Below are positions 36,261-46,390 of a stretch of 50,753 bases of DNA, in pieces. Under the pieces are notes generated by a model. That model was not told the DNA's origin. It was given only the letters and a program-made list of their open reading frames with translations, and ran no database searches. The translations under genes were made by a program, and so were the position numbers. Each line of letters starts with the position of its first letter. The stretch's first letter is position 1. The DNA is from an uncultured Planctomycetales bacterium (GTDB taxonomy: Bacteria > Omnitrophota > Gorgyraeia > Gygaellales > JAHJCI01): contig CAZQEY010000010.1 in NCBI GenBank assembly GCA_964592485.1, positions 1 to 50,753 on the forward strand, written 5' to 3'.

Positions 36261-37574
36261 CTACCCCCCTTTTTTAATCCATCTGCTTAACCTTGCCTTG
36301 GTTATCTGTTTGCCTAGACAGAATATTACGTCAAACAGACCCGGCCCAATAGTCTTGCCGGTTAAGGCAACCCTTAAGGGATGAATTAATTGTCGCGAAT
36401 TCATGTTAAGCTCCTTTACCAAATCCCTGAATGTTTTCTCGATACCAACTACCGTAAACGACTCTAATCTTTGCAATCTCTCTATAAATAGACTAAATTC
36501 CCTTGATAAGTCCTGGCTTAAAAATTTGTCTTTTAGACTTTCCCCTATCTCAATCTCATCCAGGAAGAAAAAGTCCGCCCAATCTAAAAAATCCTCCAAT
36601 GTATTAATCCGGCCCTGATATAATTTCACCACTCCCGCTAACCTCTGCTTAGATAAACAGTAACTTTCTGCCTGAGGAAATCTCTTCTTAATCATGGGAA
36701 TGAGCAAATCAATAAGCCTCTCCGCAGAAGTGTTTTTGATATATTGATTGTTAATCCAATTAAGTTTATCCCGATCAAAAATTGCTGCAGTCTTATTTAT
36801 ATTGCTGATATCAAAAATTTTTATTGCTTCCTGAATATCAACAATCTCACGATTCTCTCCGGGTGACCAACTAAGAAGTAAAAGATAATTGACTAACGCC
36901 TCCGGTAAAAAACCGAGTTGGTGATATTCGCTAATCGCGGTTGCGCCGGTTCGCTTGGAAAGCCTGGAGCCGTTTTTGCCTAAGATTAAGGGAAGATGAG
37001 CAAATATAGGTATATTGTATCCCAGTGCTTGATATAAAAGAACCTGTTTGGGCGTATTGGAAATATGGTCATCCCCCCTGATTACATGAGAAACCTCCAT
37101 TGTAGCATCATCTACCACGCAGGCAAAATTATAGGTAGGCATACCATCGGATTTAATCAGCACCTGGTCTTTAATTGTGCTTGCGTCAAACTCAATCTCT
37201 CCGTGGATTAAATCATTTATCTTAACCTCACCCGGGTTAATTTTAAAGATAATTGCCTCTTGCTTATGGTTTTTGTCTTGGGTCTTATCAAAATATGCCT
37301 TCCCCTGATTTAGCAGTTTCTGGGCATGCTCTCTATAAATATCCAAACGCTTGCTTTGGTAATATATCTGGTCCCAATTAAATCCCAGCCAAGTAAGGCT
37401 CTGTAAAATCTCATCCAGGTATTCCTTCTTTGAGCGCTCCTGGTCAGTATCCTCAATCCTCAATACGAGCTGGCCCTTGTTTGCTTTAGCATAAAGCCAG
37501 TTAAACAAAGCGGTGCGCGCTCCGCCGATATGTAAATTCCCTGTTGGTGAAGGCGCGAATCTGACCTTTATCAT
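36261..37574 (-). CDS. gltX: Glutamyl-tRNA synthetase
   Basis: RFAPSPTGNLHIGGARTAL (HIGH) and KLSKR (KMSKS). Confidence 0.9.
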   Translation of the reverse strand: MIKVRFAPSPTGNLHIGGARTALFNWLYAKANKGQLVLRIEDTDQERSKKEYLDEILQSLTWLGFNWDQIYYQSKRLDIYREHAQKLLNQGKAYFDKTQDKNHKQEAIIFKINPGEVKINDLIHGEIEFDASTIKDQVLIKSDGMPTYNFACVVDDATMEVSHVIRGDDHISNTPKQVLLYQALGYNIPIFAHLPLILGKNGSRLSKRTGATAISEYHQLGFLPEALVNYLLLLSWSPGENREIVDIQEAIKIFDISNINKTAAIFDRDKLNWINNQYIKNTSAERLIDLLIPMIKKRFPQAESYCLSKQRLAGVVKLYQGRINTLEDFLDWADFFFLDEIEIGESLKDKFLSQDLSREFSLFIERLQRLESFTVVGIEKTFRDLVKELNMNSRQLIHPLRVALTGKTIGPGLFDVIFCLGKQITKARLSRWIKKGG

Positions 37575-38116
37575 CTTGCCAGCTTTATTCCCTTCTCTAT
37601 TGCTCGTTTATTAATTTCAATCAAGCCCTTTTTATCTGCCGGAGCAATATCCTCTATTGCAGAAAAAACAATTTGTTTATTAAGAATCTTCCGTTTTGCG
37701 ATATAGCCACCCAGAGCAACCATATTCGCAACCCTTATATTGCCCAACTCTACAGCAGCTTCAGTAAAAGGCAAAAATACTTGTTTGTTGCTCGACGCCC
37801 TATGTCCTGTCTTATCAGTATTTACCAAAGAACTATTAACCAATAACAAGCCTTTTTTGTTTATTCTCTGATTGAATTTAGAAAAAGACAAATCATTCAT
37901 AATTATTATTGTATCTGCTTTATCAATATAAGGAGAGGGAATATCGCCGGACGAAAGTTTTACCATACAATAAGCAGCCCCGCCCCTTACCTCCGCACCA
38001 TAGGTGGGAAACCAGGTTACATTCATCCCCTTGCCTAAAGCAGCTGCGGCAATCACCTTGCCTAGTAGCATTATCCCCTGACCGCCACTGCCCGCAACTA
38101 TAATCTGCTCAAGCAT
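37571..38116 (-). CDS. 2-oxoacid:ferredoxin oxidoreductase gamma subunit
   Basis: VAGSGGQG motif. ATGA overlap with gltX. Confidence 0.85.
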   Translation of the reverse strand: MLEQIIVAGSGGQGIMLLGKVIAAAALGKGMNVTWFPTYGAEVRGGAAYCMVKLSSGDIPSPYIDKADTIIIMNDLSFSKFNQRINKKGLLLVNSSLVNTDKTGHRASSNKQVFLPFTEAAVELGNIRVANMVALGGYIAKRKILNKQIVFSAIEDIAPADKKGLIEINKRAIEKGIKLAR

Positions 38117-38844
38117 TATTTAATTCTCCCAAGGGGAAACTCTTTGCTCATTACATCGCGAATCCAATCCATTGCCTTCTTTGGCGGCATCTGCCAGTAT
38201 GTGGGGCAAGGAGAAAGTACCTCAACCAAAGAAAAACCCAGATTATCAACCTGATTAACCAATGCCTGTCTTATTGATTTTTTTGCCCGGATTACTTCCT
38301 GGGGGGAATAGACCGAAACCCGCTCCACATACTTTACTGCCGGCAATTGAGCCAGTAATTCAGAAATCTTCAAAGGATAACCGCTAATCTTTACATCGCG
38401 ACCCCAAGGGGTAGTGGCTGTTTTCTGGCCCAATAGTGTGGTAGGCGCCATCTGCCCGCCAGTCATTCCGTAAACAGCATTATTGATAAATATTGCGGTT
38501 AAATTCTCTCCCCGGTTTGCAGTATGAATTGTCTCTGCTGTTCCGATTGCCGCTAAATCTCCATCTCCTTGATAGGTAAAAACGACATTTTCTGGCCTCA
38601 CCCTCTTTATTCCCGTTGCTACTGCCAGGGCCCGGCCATGAGCTGCTTCACAACAATCAAAATCCCAATAATCGTAAGCAATTACCGCGCAGCCTACGGG
38701 TGCCACCGCTATTGTCTTCTCCCTTATCTCTAACTCATCAATAACCTCGGCAACCAGACGATGAACAATACCATGACCGCAACCTGCGCAATAGTGTGTT
38801 GCTACCTTACGCAAAGATTCAGGATGACTAAATATTTTCTTCAT
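38116..38844 (-). CDS. 2-oxoacid:ferredoxin oxidoreductase beta subunit (TPP-binding)
   Basis: CAGCGHG and GDGD motifs. Confidence 0.9.
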   Translation of the reverse strand: MKKIFSHPESLRKVATHYCAGCGHGIVHRLVAEVIDELEIREKTIAVAPVGCAVIAYDYWDFDCCEAAHGRALAVATGIKRVRPENVVFTYQGDGDLAAIGTAETIHTANRGENLTAIFINNAVYGMTGGQMAPTTLLGQKTATTPWGRDVKISGYPLKISELLAQLPAVKYVERVSVYSPQEVIRAKKSIRQALVNQVDNLGFSLVEVLSPCPTYWQMPPKKAMDWIRDVMSKEFPLGRIK

Positions 38845-38914
38845 ATTATTGTTATGTCCGTTTGGTCTGTTATGTCTGTTTAGTCCGTTAACAGAGCTAA
38901 CGGAATTAACGGAC
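38845..38914 (-). promoter_or_regulatory. Intercistronic hairpin/repeat region between the alpha and beta subunit genes (GTCCGTTAA...TTAACGGAC; repeated YTAACGG motifs)
   Basis: 9 bp inverted repeat abutting the alpha-subunit stop. Direct repeats TTATGTCCGTTT/TTATGTCTGTTT. Confidence 0.5.
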
Positions 38915-39997
38915 CTAACGGGCTAAATGATTTATCTTACTTATTATCTCTTGTTCCGACGGTATTCCTCCGCCAGCACGGCCAAAGAATTCCACTGGAG
39001 CTTTTCCTCCCACAGCTAACTTTACATCTTCAAGCATCTGACCATAAGACATCTCAGTCACTACATAACGGATTTTTTTTGAGGGATTATGATCAAATGC
39101 CTTCTGAGGGAACGGCCAGAGGCTGATTGGTTGAATAAGCCCGATTCTCATATTCTGTTTTCTCAATCTGTTTACCACATTTTGGGCAATTCTTGCCATC
39201 GTTCCATAAGCAACCAAGACAATCCGGGCATCATCCAGAAATAAACTCCTCCAGCGCTGCTGCTGACTTTGCATCTTTTGATATTTCTTCTGCAAACCCT
39301 TATTAGCCTCTTCCAGTGCCCCCTCGGGTAAATAGAGCGACTTTATAACATTGGGCTTGCGATTCCTGCAGCCAGTCAACGCCCATTTCTTAATTGAGAG
39401 TTCACGGTCGACGGTTGACGGATTTTTTCTGTGAACTGTGGAGTGTGAACTGTGAACTAAAAGGGGTTCCATCATCTGTCCAAGCATCCCATCACCTAGA
39501 ACGATCACTGGATTCCTGTATTGCCAAGCCAGCTTGAATGCCAATAGCATCAAATCAAATGCCTCCTGAACCGAAGAAGGAGCAAGAACAATACAGCGAT
39601 AATCTCCATGCCCTCCGCCTTTGGTTGCCTGAAAATAATCTGATTGCGATGGAGCGATATTGCCCAGGCCTGGACCGCCGCGCATAATATTAACAATTAC
39701 GGCAGGAAGCTCGCATCCAGCTAGATAAGAAATCCCCTCCTGCTTGAGGCTGATTCCCGGGCTGGAAGAAGAGGTCATTGCCAGCGCGCCGGCAGCGGCG
39801 GCGCCAAAAACCATATTTATTGCGGCTAATTCTGATTCTGCCTGAATAAAGATACGATTCTCCTCAATCATTCTTTTTGCCATATAAGCAGTGAGTTCAT
39901 TCTGAGGAGTAATTGGATATCCAGCATAGAAGGCGCAATCTGCCTGAATCGCTCCTTCACCAATTGCCTCATTACCCGTCATTAATATTTTTTTCAT
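38915..39997 (-). CDS. 2-oxoacid:ferredoxin oxidoreductase alpha subunit, with a repeat-encoded in-frame insertion
   Basis: Alpha-subunit N-terminus MTGNEAIGEGAIQA. Insertion HSSHSTVHRKNPSTVDR is encoded by TGTGAACT repeats at 39398-39459. Confidence 0.9.
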   Translation of the reverse strand: MKKILMTGNEAIGEGAIQADCAFYAGYPITPQNELTAYMAKRMIEENRIFIQAESELAAINMVFGAAAAGALAMTSSSSPGISLKQEGISYLAGCELPAVIVNIMRGGPGLGNIAPSQSDYFQATKGGGHGDYRCIVLAPSSVQEAFDLMLLAFKLAWQYRNPVIVLGDGMLGQMMEPLLVHSSHSTVHRKNPSTVDRELSIKKWALTGCRNRKPNVIKSLYLPEGALEEANKGLQKKYQKMQSQQQRWRSLFLDDARIVLVAYGTMARIAQNVVNRLRKQNMRIGLIQPISLWPFPQKAFDHNPSKKIRYVVTEMSYGQMLEDVKLAVGGKAPVEFFGRAGGGIPSEQEIISKINHLAR

Positions 39998-40200
39998 TTA
40001 AAGACCTCAATACAACAATCCGGACAAATTAGCGCACATTGCAAACAACCCAGGCATTCTTGATTATTATCAATAAATTTAACCGGCTTTACCCCGCGGG
40101 AATTCAAGCTGTTATCCAATTTTATCAAACCGCGGGGACAAAAACTAATACAGAGCAAACACCCCTTGCATTTTTCTCGGTCAATAGTTATTCTGGGCAT
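39994..40200 (-). CDS. 2-oxoacid:ferredoxin oxidoreductase delta subunit (2x[4Fe-4S] ferredoxin)
   Basis: Two CxxCxxCxxxCP motifs. Confidence 0.85.
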   Translation of the reverse strand: MPRITIDREKCKGCLLCISFCPRGLIKLDNSLNSRGVKPVKFIDNNQECLGCLQCALICPDCCIEVFK

Positions 40201-42017
40201 GCCTTTATCCTTTCGGCAATACCCTTAGACGTTAATCCGTAATTCTCTAATAATATATCTCGACTACCATGAGGAATAAACTCATCAGGCAATCCCAGCC
40301 GATAAACCGGCCTACCCAAAACCTCCTGCACTGCTGAACCGAATCCGCCACTGGCTATTCCTTCCTCAACAGTAAAAATAATCTTTGTTTTTATGTTATT
40401 TAATAAATCTGCATCCAAAGGCTTAAGAAAGCGGGAATTAATCACTGAGCAAGAAACCCCTTCCTTTTCTAATAAATCCGCTGCCTCCAGGCTGGACAGA
40501 ACCATAGAACCTAAAGCAACTAAACTCACGTCCTTGCCCTCTTTTAAAACCTCTGCCTTACCTAATTGTAAGGGGCTGGCAGCCGGGCCGGCAGACAACA
40601 GGCAATCGGATTTTGGATACCTTATTGCCACCGGCTTATTCAGATTCAAAGCAAACTCAAGCATCTCTTCTAATTCCCGACCATCCTTCGGAGCCATTGT
40701 CACCAAATTAGGGACACTCCTTAGATAAACAAGGTCAAATACGCCTTGATGGGTTACTCCGTCTGCACCGACAATCCCCGCGCGGTCAATTGCTAAAACC
40801 AGACCTAAATTCTGCAGAGCCACCCCTTCAATAATCTGGTCATAAGCCCGCTGGAGAAATGTAGAATAGATTGCTACTACTGGTTTAAGCCCGCCGTGGG
40901 CAAGTCCTATAGCAAAACAGACTGCATGCGACTCTGCGATACCCACATCAAAAAATCTGTCAGGATAAGCATCGCGGAATTTGTCTAAACCTGTGCCTTC
41001 GGGCATAGCGGCAGTAATTGCTACAACACGGGGATTATCCTTGGCTAACTCAACTAATTTATCACTGAAAATCCCTGTATAGGTTTTGACACCAGAATCT
41101 TTCCTGCGGGCTTGACCAGTAGGAATATCAAAAGGAACCGCGCTGTGAAATCTTATTGGCTGCTCCTCTGCTGGAGAATATCCTTTGCCTTTAACAGTTA
41201 CCAGGTGTAACAGGCGCGGGCCAGAAAGTTTAAGGATATTCTTTAAGGCCGGGATAAGTGTCTCAAGGTTATGGCCATCTAAGGGCCCAAAATAACGGAA
41301 TCCTAGTTCCTCAAAGAACATGCCCGGCACAAATAAACCCTTAATTGCCTCTTCAAACTTATCCACTATCTTTAAAATGCGCTGACCCCGAGGAATGCGT
41401 GTCTTTAGTAGATTATCTACTGCATTACGAAAACGGTTATATATCGGCAGCGAAATAATCTTATTAAGATACTTACTCAACGCCCCGGCGTTGGGGGCGA
41501 TGCTCAGTTCGTTTGTATTTAAAATCACCAACAGATTGCATTTCAGCTGTCCGACATTATTCAGACCCTCAAAACAAAGTCCGTTGCTTAAAGAGCCGTC
41601 GCCAATTACGGCAACTGTTTCAACCTGGGGATTGCCTACTGCTAACCCCAGGGCAAGAGATATCGCTGTACCGCTATGCCCGGTAACAAAGACATCGTAG
41701 GCTGACTCTTCAGGATTAGGAAATCCGCTTAAACCCCCGTATTGGCGCAGCGAGGAAAATTGTTTATTTCTGCCGGTTAAGATTTTATGAGTATAAGATT
41801 GGTGACCCACATCCCAAACAATCTTATCTTCAGGCATATTCAAACAATAATGCAAAGCCAGGGTTAATTCTACTACGCCGAGGCTGGAAGCAAGATGTCC
41901 TCCGGTTGAAGCCACCACTTCAATAATGCGTAGACGAACCTCCTCAGCGAGTCTAGAAAGCTGACTGACCTTTAACCTTTTTAGATCCTGGGGCGAATCA
42001 ATCTTTTCCAAATACAT
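40188..42017 (-). CDS. dxs: 1-deoxy-D-xylulose-5-phosphate synthase
   Basis: GHSGTAIS and GDGSLSNG TPP motifs; 609 aa. Confidence 0.95.
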   Translation of the reverse strand: MYLEKIDSPQDLKRLKVSQLSRLAEEVRLRIIEVVASTGGHLASSLGVVELTLALHYCLNMPEDKIVWDVGHQSYTHKILTGRNKQFSSLRQYGGLSGFPNPEESAYDVFVTGHSGTAISLALGLAVGNPQVETVAVIGDGSLSNGLCFEGLNNVGQLKCNLLVILNTNELSIAPNAGALSKYLNKIISLPIYNRFRNAVDNLLKTRIPRGQRILKIVDKFEEAIKGLFVPGMFFEELGFRYFGPLDGHNLETLIPALKNILKLSGPRLLHLVTVKGKGYSPAEEQPIRFHSAVPFDIPTGQARRKDSGVKTYTGIFSDKLVELAKDNPRVVAITAAMPEGTGLDKFRDAYPDRFFDVGIAESHAVCFAIGLAHGGLKPVVAIYSTFLQRAYDQIIEGVALQNLGLVLAIDRAGIVGADGVTHQGVFDLVYLRSVPNLVTMAPKDGRELEEMLEFALNLNKPVAIRYPKSDCLLSAGPAASPLQLGKAEVLKEGKDVSLVALGSMVLSSLEAADLLEKEGVSCSVINSRFLKPLDADLLNNIKTKIIFTVEEGIASGGFGSAVQEVLGRPVYRLGLPDEFIPHGSRDILLENYGLTSKGIAERIKACPE

Positions 42018-42189
42018 AATCTTGATGTTTTACTTTCACCTTTAGTCGCTTTTGAACGAGACTTGCTAAGTGAAGTTCATCTTTAATTCGTCAACTTGAG
42101 AAGTAGTATAGTATAACTTGAGATTATTTTTAACATGACTGCCACTATTAATTTTCTGACTTTCTTCAACTTAACGGATTCAATACAAA

Positions 42190-42380
42190 GTTCACTTAGT
42201 AAGCTAAGCTTATATCCAGCTGAAGGCTGGAGTAAAACATTAATCTCTACTAAATCTTTGGGAGAATCAATCTTTTCCAGATACATAATTTTGTAAGCTA
42301 AGCTTTTATCCAGCGGAAGGCTGGAGCAAAACATTAATCTCTACTAAATTCTTGGGAGAATTAATCTTTTCCGGATATAT
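42190..42380. repeat. Tandem ~93 bp duplication that includes the dxs translation start (MYLEKIDSP) and an upstream CCAGC-TGAAG-GCTGG hairpin
   Basis: Units at 42200-42290 and 42293-42380 plus the native copy at 41990-42020. Creates the artefactual 83-aa ORF 42083-42334. Confidence 0.85.
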
Positions 42381-42615
42381 CTTGATTTTCCTCTTCGGGC
42401 TGGAATTCCTCAGTAATCTCGATTCCTTGTTTTTTTACCAATTTCTCTACTCTTGCCTTTGCCTCTCTTAACATTTTGGAGCAATTCCTGGATAATTCAA
42501 TGCCCTCCTCATATTTCTTAAGTGCTTCATCGAGTGAAAGATTGCCTTCCTCTAAATCCTTAACTATCCTTTCCAATTTTTTTAAAGATTTCTCAAAATC
42601 TATTGTCTTTGACAT
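42361..42615 (-). CDS. xseB: Exodeoxyribonuclease VII small subunit
   Basis: LSLDEALKKYEEGIELSRNC; GGAGGT SD. Confidence 0.9.
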   Translation of the reverse strand: MSKTIDFEKSLKKLERIVKDLEEGNLSLDEALKKYEEGIELSRNCSKMLREAKARVEKLVKKQGIEITEEFQPEEENQDISGKD

Positions 42616-42674
42616 AGGATTTTACCTCCAGTTTATTTTTTACCATAAAGGCTCAAAGTCACAGAGTTTTTTAA

Positions 42675-42790
42675 GAAAACTTTGTAACCACAGATAAACA
42701 CAGGTAAACACTGTTAAATTTTCATAATAAAAATACGAAAGTCTTTTTCTTTCTTCTGTGTTCATCTGTGGTTTATGCTTTCTTATGCTT
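42675..42790. mobile_element. MITE-like element copy 1 with terminal inverted repeats (AACCACAGATAAACAC...GTGTTCATCTGTGGTT), between xseA and xseB
   Basis: Ends are conserved with copy 2 (46289-46405); the internal sequence differs. An extra partial end CCTCTGTGGTT lies at 42827-42842. Confidence 0.7.
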
Positions 42791-42847
42791 TAAGATTTTC
42801 TTTTTCTCTGTGTCCCCTACGTCTCCGTACCTCTGTGGTTTTTTCTT

Positions 42848-44152
42848 CTAAGAATCTATCTGAGTCACTTCAGATTGAAAACTGCCTTTGGCTAATTTTG
42901 TATTTACTCGATCACCCTTTTTAAGGGAACTGGCCTTTAGAATAATCTTGCCATCTATGCTCGTAGTTAAACTGAAGCCGCGAGATAAAATCGCCAGCGG
43001 ATTAAGTGCCTGATATTTTCCGATGACCGCAGCCAGCCTCTGCTCAGTTAAATGAATAAGATGCTGAATTACTAGAGACGCGGAGTGCGTCAAGCTATCG
43101 GTATCCTGCTGAAATTCCTCAATCTTCTGTAATGGATGCTTAAACGCGGGGCTGGTAGAAAGCAGATTGAATCTTTGTTTTAAATCATTGCTTTTTTCTC
43201 TGATTAAGTTAACCAGCAATAACTGGCTCTGCTCCAATAGCTTTAGTATCTCGTTCTTCTTGTTCACAAATAATTTGGCTGCCGCTGTGGGAGTCTCCAC
43301 ACGCAAATCAGCAACTAAATCAGCGATGGTAGTATCGACCTCATGACCTACCGCAGATATAACTGGAATCTTAGAATTAAATATTGCCCGGGCAACAATC
43401 TCTTCATTAAACGCCCAGAGGTCTTCAAGACTGCCGCCCCCTCGGCCAATAATCAAAACATCAACCTGAGAATATTCGTTAAATTCGGCGATGCCTAAAG
43501 CAATATCATATTTCGCCTGTTCACCTTGCACAACCGTTGGCCGCACAACAATGCGTAAGAATTTCACCTCCCTATTTAGGATTTTAAGAATATCCTCGAC
43601 TGCCGCACCGGTTGCTGAGGTAATGATGCCTACGGAAAATGGCATCAGGGGTATGGGTTTTTTACGGGCCACATCGAATAATCCCTCTTTGAATAATTTA
43701 TCTTTGAGTTGCTCAAATGCCAATTGCAAAGAACCAATTCCCTTAGGCTCAATCTTCTCAATGACTACCTGATACTGCCCGCGTTTTCCGTATACAGTAA
43801 TGCGTCCAAAACAAATTACCTTTAACCCATCTTCTAATTTAAATTTTAAAGTCTGATTCACATTCTTAAATAAACAAGCATTAATTATCGCATTTTCATC
43901 TTTGAGGGAAAAATACATATGGCCGGACAAATGATGGGTAAAGTTGGAAATCTCCGCCTCCAGCCAAATTGAAGAAAGGTTATTCTCCAGGATTAATTTT
44001 ATATCCTGGGTTAACTCACTTACCGTATAGATATGTTGAGTCGAATATTTATCTCGCACCTTCCCTTGTAACGGGGCCGCCCGGGAAGATAGAGAAATGC
44101 GGGATTTATCATCTAATTGGGATTGTTTATTTAAATTGATTCGCGTAGGCAT
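42848..44152 (-). CDS. xseA: Exodeoxyribonuclease VII large subunit
   Basis: OB-fold N-terminus IYTVSELT...; length and architecture typical. Confidence 0.9.
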   Translation of the reverse strand: MPTRINLNKQSQLDDKSRISLSSRAAPLQGKVRDKYSTQHIYTVSELTQDIKLILENNLSSIWLEAEISNFTHHLSGHMYFSLKDENAIINACLFKNVNQTLKFKLEDGLKVICFGRITVYGKRGQYQVVIEKIEPKGIGSLQLAFEQLKDKLFKEGLFDVARKKPIPLMPFSVGIITSATGAAVEDILKILNREVKFLRIVVRPTVVQGEQAKYDIALGIAEFNEYSQVDVLIIGRGGGSLEDLWAFNEEIVARAIFNSKIPVISAVGHEVDTTIADLVADLRVETPTAAAKLFVNKKNEILKLLEQSQLLLVNLIREKSNDLKQRFNLLSTSPAFKHPLQKIEEFQQDTDSLTHSASLVIQHLIHLTEQRLAAVIGKYQALNPLAILSRGFSLTTSIDGKIILKASSLKKGDRVNTKLAKGSFQSEVTQIDS

Positions 44153-44478
44153 TCCTGAACAACATTCTCAATTCTTGAGCGGTCGGGTTCTTGGATATCG
44201 ATAAATTCGATTCCCGTATCAAAATTACCCCCTCTTCGAAGCGCCCAAGCAATCCTCCCATTACACTCTATAGGAACTCCTCCATCCTTTAAATAAAGAA
44301 GAATCTCCACAGGACAAGACTGAGGCAATGCCTTGGATAGAACTACGCAAATTCCTCCTGCACCTATATTTTCGGTATGAGTAGAGAAAACATGTTTTAA
44401 ATCACTTCTTAAAACAACAACCTTGCATGGATAATCTGCGCGCGGAAACCGGCGCCTATTAATGCTATTCCGCCTCAT
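44131..44478 (-). CDS. PilZ-domain (c-di-GMP binding) protein
   Basis: RRFPRADYP (RxxxR) and NIGAGGICV (D/NxSxGG-like). Start at MRRNSI, which has an AAGGAG SD. Confidence 0.65.
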   Translation of the reverse strand: MRRNSINRRRFPRADYPCKVVVLRSDLKHVFSTHTENIGAGGICVVLSKALPQSCPVEILLYLKDGGVPIECNGRIAWALRRGGNFDTGIEFIDIQEPDRSRIENVVQECLRESI

Positions 44479-46390
44479 CTTGCCCTGCTCCTTTCTTCTG
44501 GCCTTCATTAGGTTTTTCCCCTATCGGCTCTTCAGGCTTAATCGGGGTTACTTGCTCCGCCTCTTCAACCTCCACAGAGACTTCTGGTTTTTTATCCATC
44601 ACAATCAAGACCACTGAATACGGCTCCAAAATTAAGGTCTCCTTATAGGTAGTAACATCCTTAATCTCTTTTTCTTCTCGCGGCATAAATGCGCAATCCA
44701 ATCGGCAGGATTTATCTACGATATATTTTTTATAGATATAATCATCCTTAAGATTGGTCAAATTTAAATTTATATTCTGAGACTGGGTAATCAAGGATTT
44801 CGCCATTTTATTTAAAGTAATTGCCTCTTCAATCTTTGCCTTTATCCTTTTGTCTAAGCGCAAGGTTTTTAGAGGAATCTCTGAATTTTTAATCCTCTCC
44901 CATTTATCGGAATGTATTAAATTTACCAATATTCTTGCCAATCTGGGGTGCAATTCAGCCAGATGTCGAGAAAGATAATCCCTGGCAAGCCTGGGGTCAA
45001 TATATTTGAACAAAAATAAGGCGAGGCCTGTTTCTGTCTTGGTGGCAATTATGCCGACAAATTCATCATCCAGGCGCGAGGCAATAAACATCTCGCTACC
45101 CAGCATATTGAGCATACTAATTACATTAAACATCGATTTTGCTCCGCCGGTGTATTTGACATGCTCCGACTCAAACCAGAATAAGCCGACATTTCGATTT
45201 ACCCCTTGTTTATTATTTTTAAAATCCTCCAGGCAAAAGAATATTTGATAATCAATGCCTGACTTTAGCATATTCCTTATCCGGCTGGGGATAAAGCTGG
45301 CAGCGACATAAGACTCCCAGCCTCGCTTGGGTTCAAAGTTTAACCCCGTATCGTAGTTCCATTCACTAATAATTAGAGGTATAGTTGAGTCTAGGCCAAA
45401 ATACGAAAGCCATTCGCGAATAAGTTTTGGAACTATATTTTTATAACAGGTAATTTCACTTTCGGCCAATGGGTCGCTGGTATAGGCATGCCAGCTAATA
45501 AAGTCCAGAGGAAGTCCCTGTTGAGAACAGAAGCGAATAAATTCGTAGATAAGGCTTTCTTCGGGATAGAAAACGGTATTGCCTTCCAAATTCTGGAACC
45601 ACCATGTTACTGCCGGGCCGCCGATGCGAATGTCACGGTTAGTCTCTTTTTCTAATTCCTTTACGCTCTGGGCTACTGCTTGATAAATATTGAGATATTC
45701 TTTTTTCTGCCCTAAAAAGAAATCGTCCGAATCCGGAGCGTTCCATATCTCGTACCAGATATCATAACCCTTCTCGCAACTCAAATAGCGGATAATATGC
45801 TTAACCAGCTCCTTGAACGCGCCGATATCCCAGGGGGAACTTTTCTTATCCAAGACCTTACCTAAGCCCGGAGGCATACCATACAAATTCAAAAGAATGA
45901 TTCCTCCAGCCGAATTTATATTTTTAATCACTGTCGAATAGTTTTCCAGAAATTCGGCCTGCATCTCTTTATCCTTAGCCAGTTGGATAAACTCCCAAAG
46001 GTCAAACTGTAAATGAAAAATACCTCCGCTCAAATCAAGACGTTCGTTGAGTTGGGCTAATACTTCGGGCGCAGCCAAGTTCTGCGGCCAGGTCGGCTGA
46101 TAATGAAACCCCCGGCCGCTTAAATCTATGCCTGGCTTTCTAAGAAGATTCGGCGTTGGTTTTGTCTTACCGGTTATATCCAAGTTGAAATCGATATCGT
46201 TACCTTGAGCGAAAGTAAAATCGCCTATAAAATTCAAAATGCAAAATGCAAATATAAGAATAAAAAAACAAAATCCAGATATTTTTAAAAAATCTTTGCA
46301 ACCACAGATAAACACGGGTAAACACTGCTTAGCATAGAGAATGCTATAAATACCGACCGCTTTTCTCCTCTTGTGTTTATCTGTGTTCAT
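44465..46390 (-). CDS. Secreted TIM-barrel glycoside-hydrolase-like protein with an acidic low-complexity C-terminal tail. The N-terminal ~35 codons, including the ATG, are supplied by MITE-like copy 2.
   Basis: IWYEIWNAPD resembles the GH5/GH39 NEP motif region. Signal peptide ILIFAFCILNFIGDFTFAQ. Start uncertain. Confidence 0.55.
   Translation of the reverse strand: MNTDKHKRRKAVGIYSILYAKQCLPVFICGCKDFLKISGFCFFILIFAFCILNFIGDFTFAQGNDIDFNLDITGKTKPTPNLLRKPGIDLSGRGFHYQPTWPQNLAAPEVLAQLNERLDLSGGIFHLQFDLWEFIQLAKDKEMQAEFLENYSTVIKNINSAGGIILLNLYGMPPGLGKVLDKKSSPWDIGAFKELVKHIIRYLSCEKGYDIWYEIWNAPDSDDFFLGQKKEYLNIYQAVAQSVKELEKETNRDIRIGGPAVTWWFQNLEGNTVFYPEESLIYEFIRFCSQQGLPLDFISWHAYTSDPLAESEITCYKNIVPKLIREWLSYFGLDSTIPLIISEWNYDTGLNFEPKRGWESYVAASFIPSRIRNMLKSGIDYQIFFCLEDFKNNKQGVNRNVGLFWFESEHVKYTGGAKSMFNVISMLNMLGSEMFIASRLDDEFVGIIATKTETGLALFLFKYIDPRLARDYLSRHLAELHPRLARILVNLIHSDKWERIKNSEIPLKTLRLDKRIKAKIEEAITLNKMAKSLITQSQNINLNLTNLKDDYIYKKYIVDKSCRLDCAFMPREEKEIKDVTTYKETLILEPYSVVLIVMDKKPEVSVEVEEAEQVTPIKPEEPIGEKPNEGQKKGAGQDEAE

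Noticed and set aside
42083-42334. 83-aa ORF as a genuine gene
   Set aside because: Its N-terminus is a copy of the Dxs start created by the tandem duplication. The remainder is low-complexity read-through of AT-rich spacer. Treated as a by-product of the repeat.
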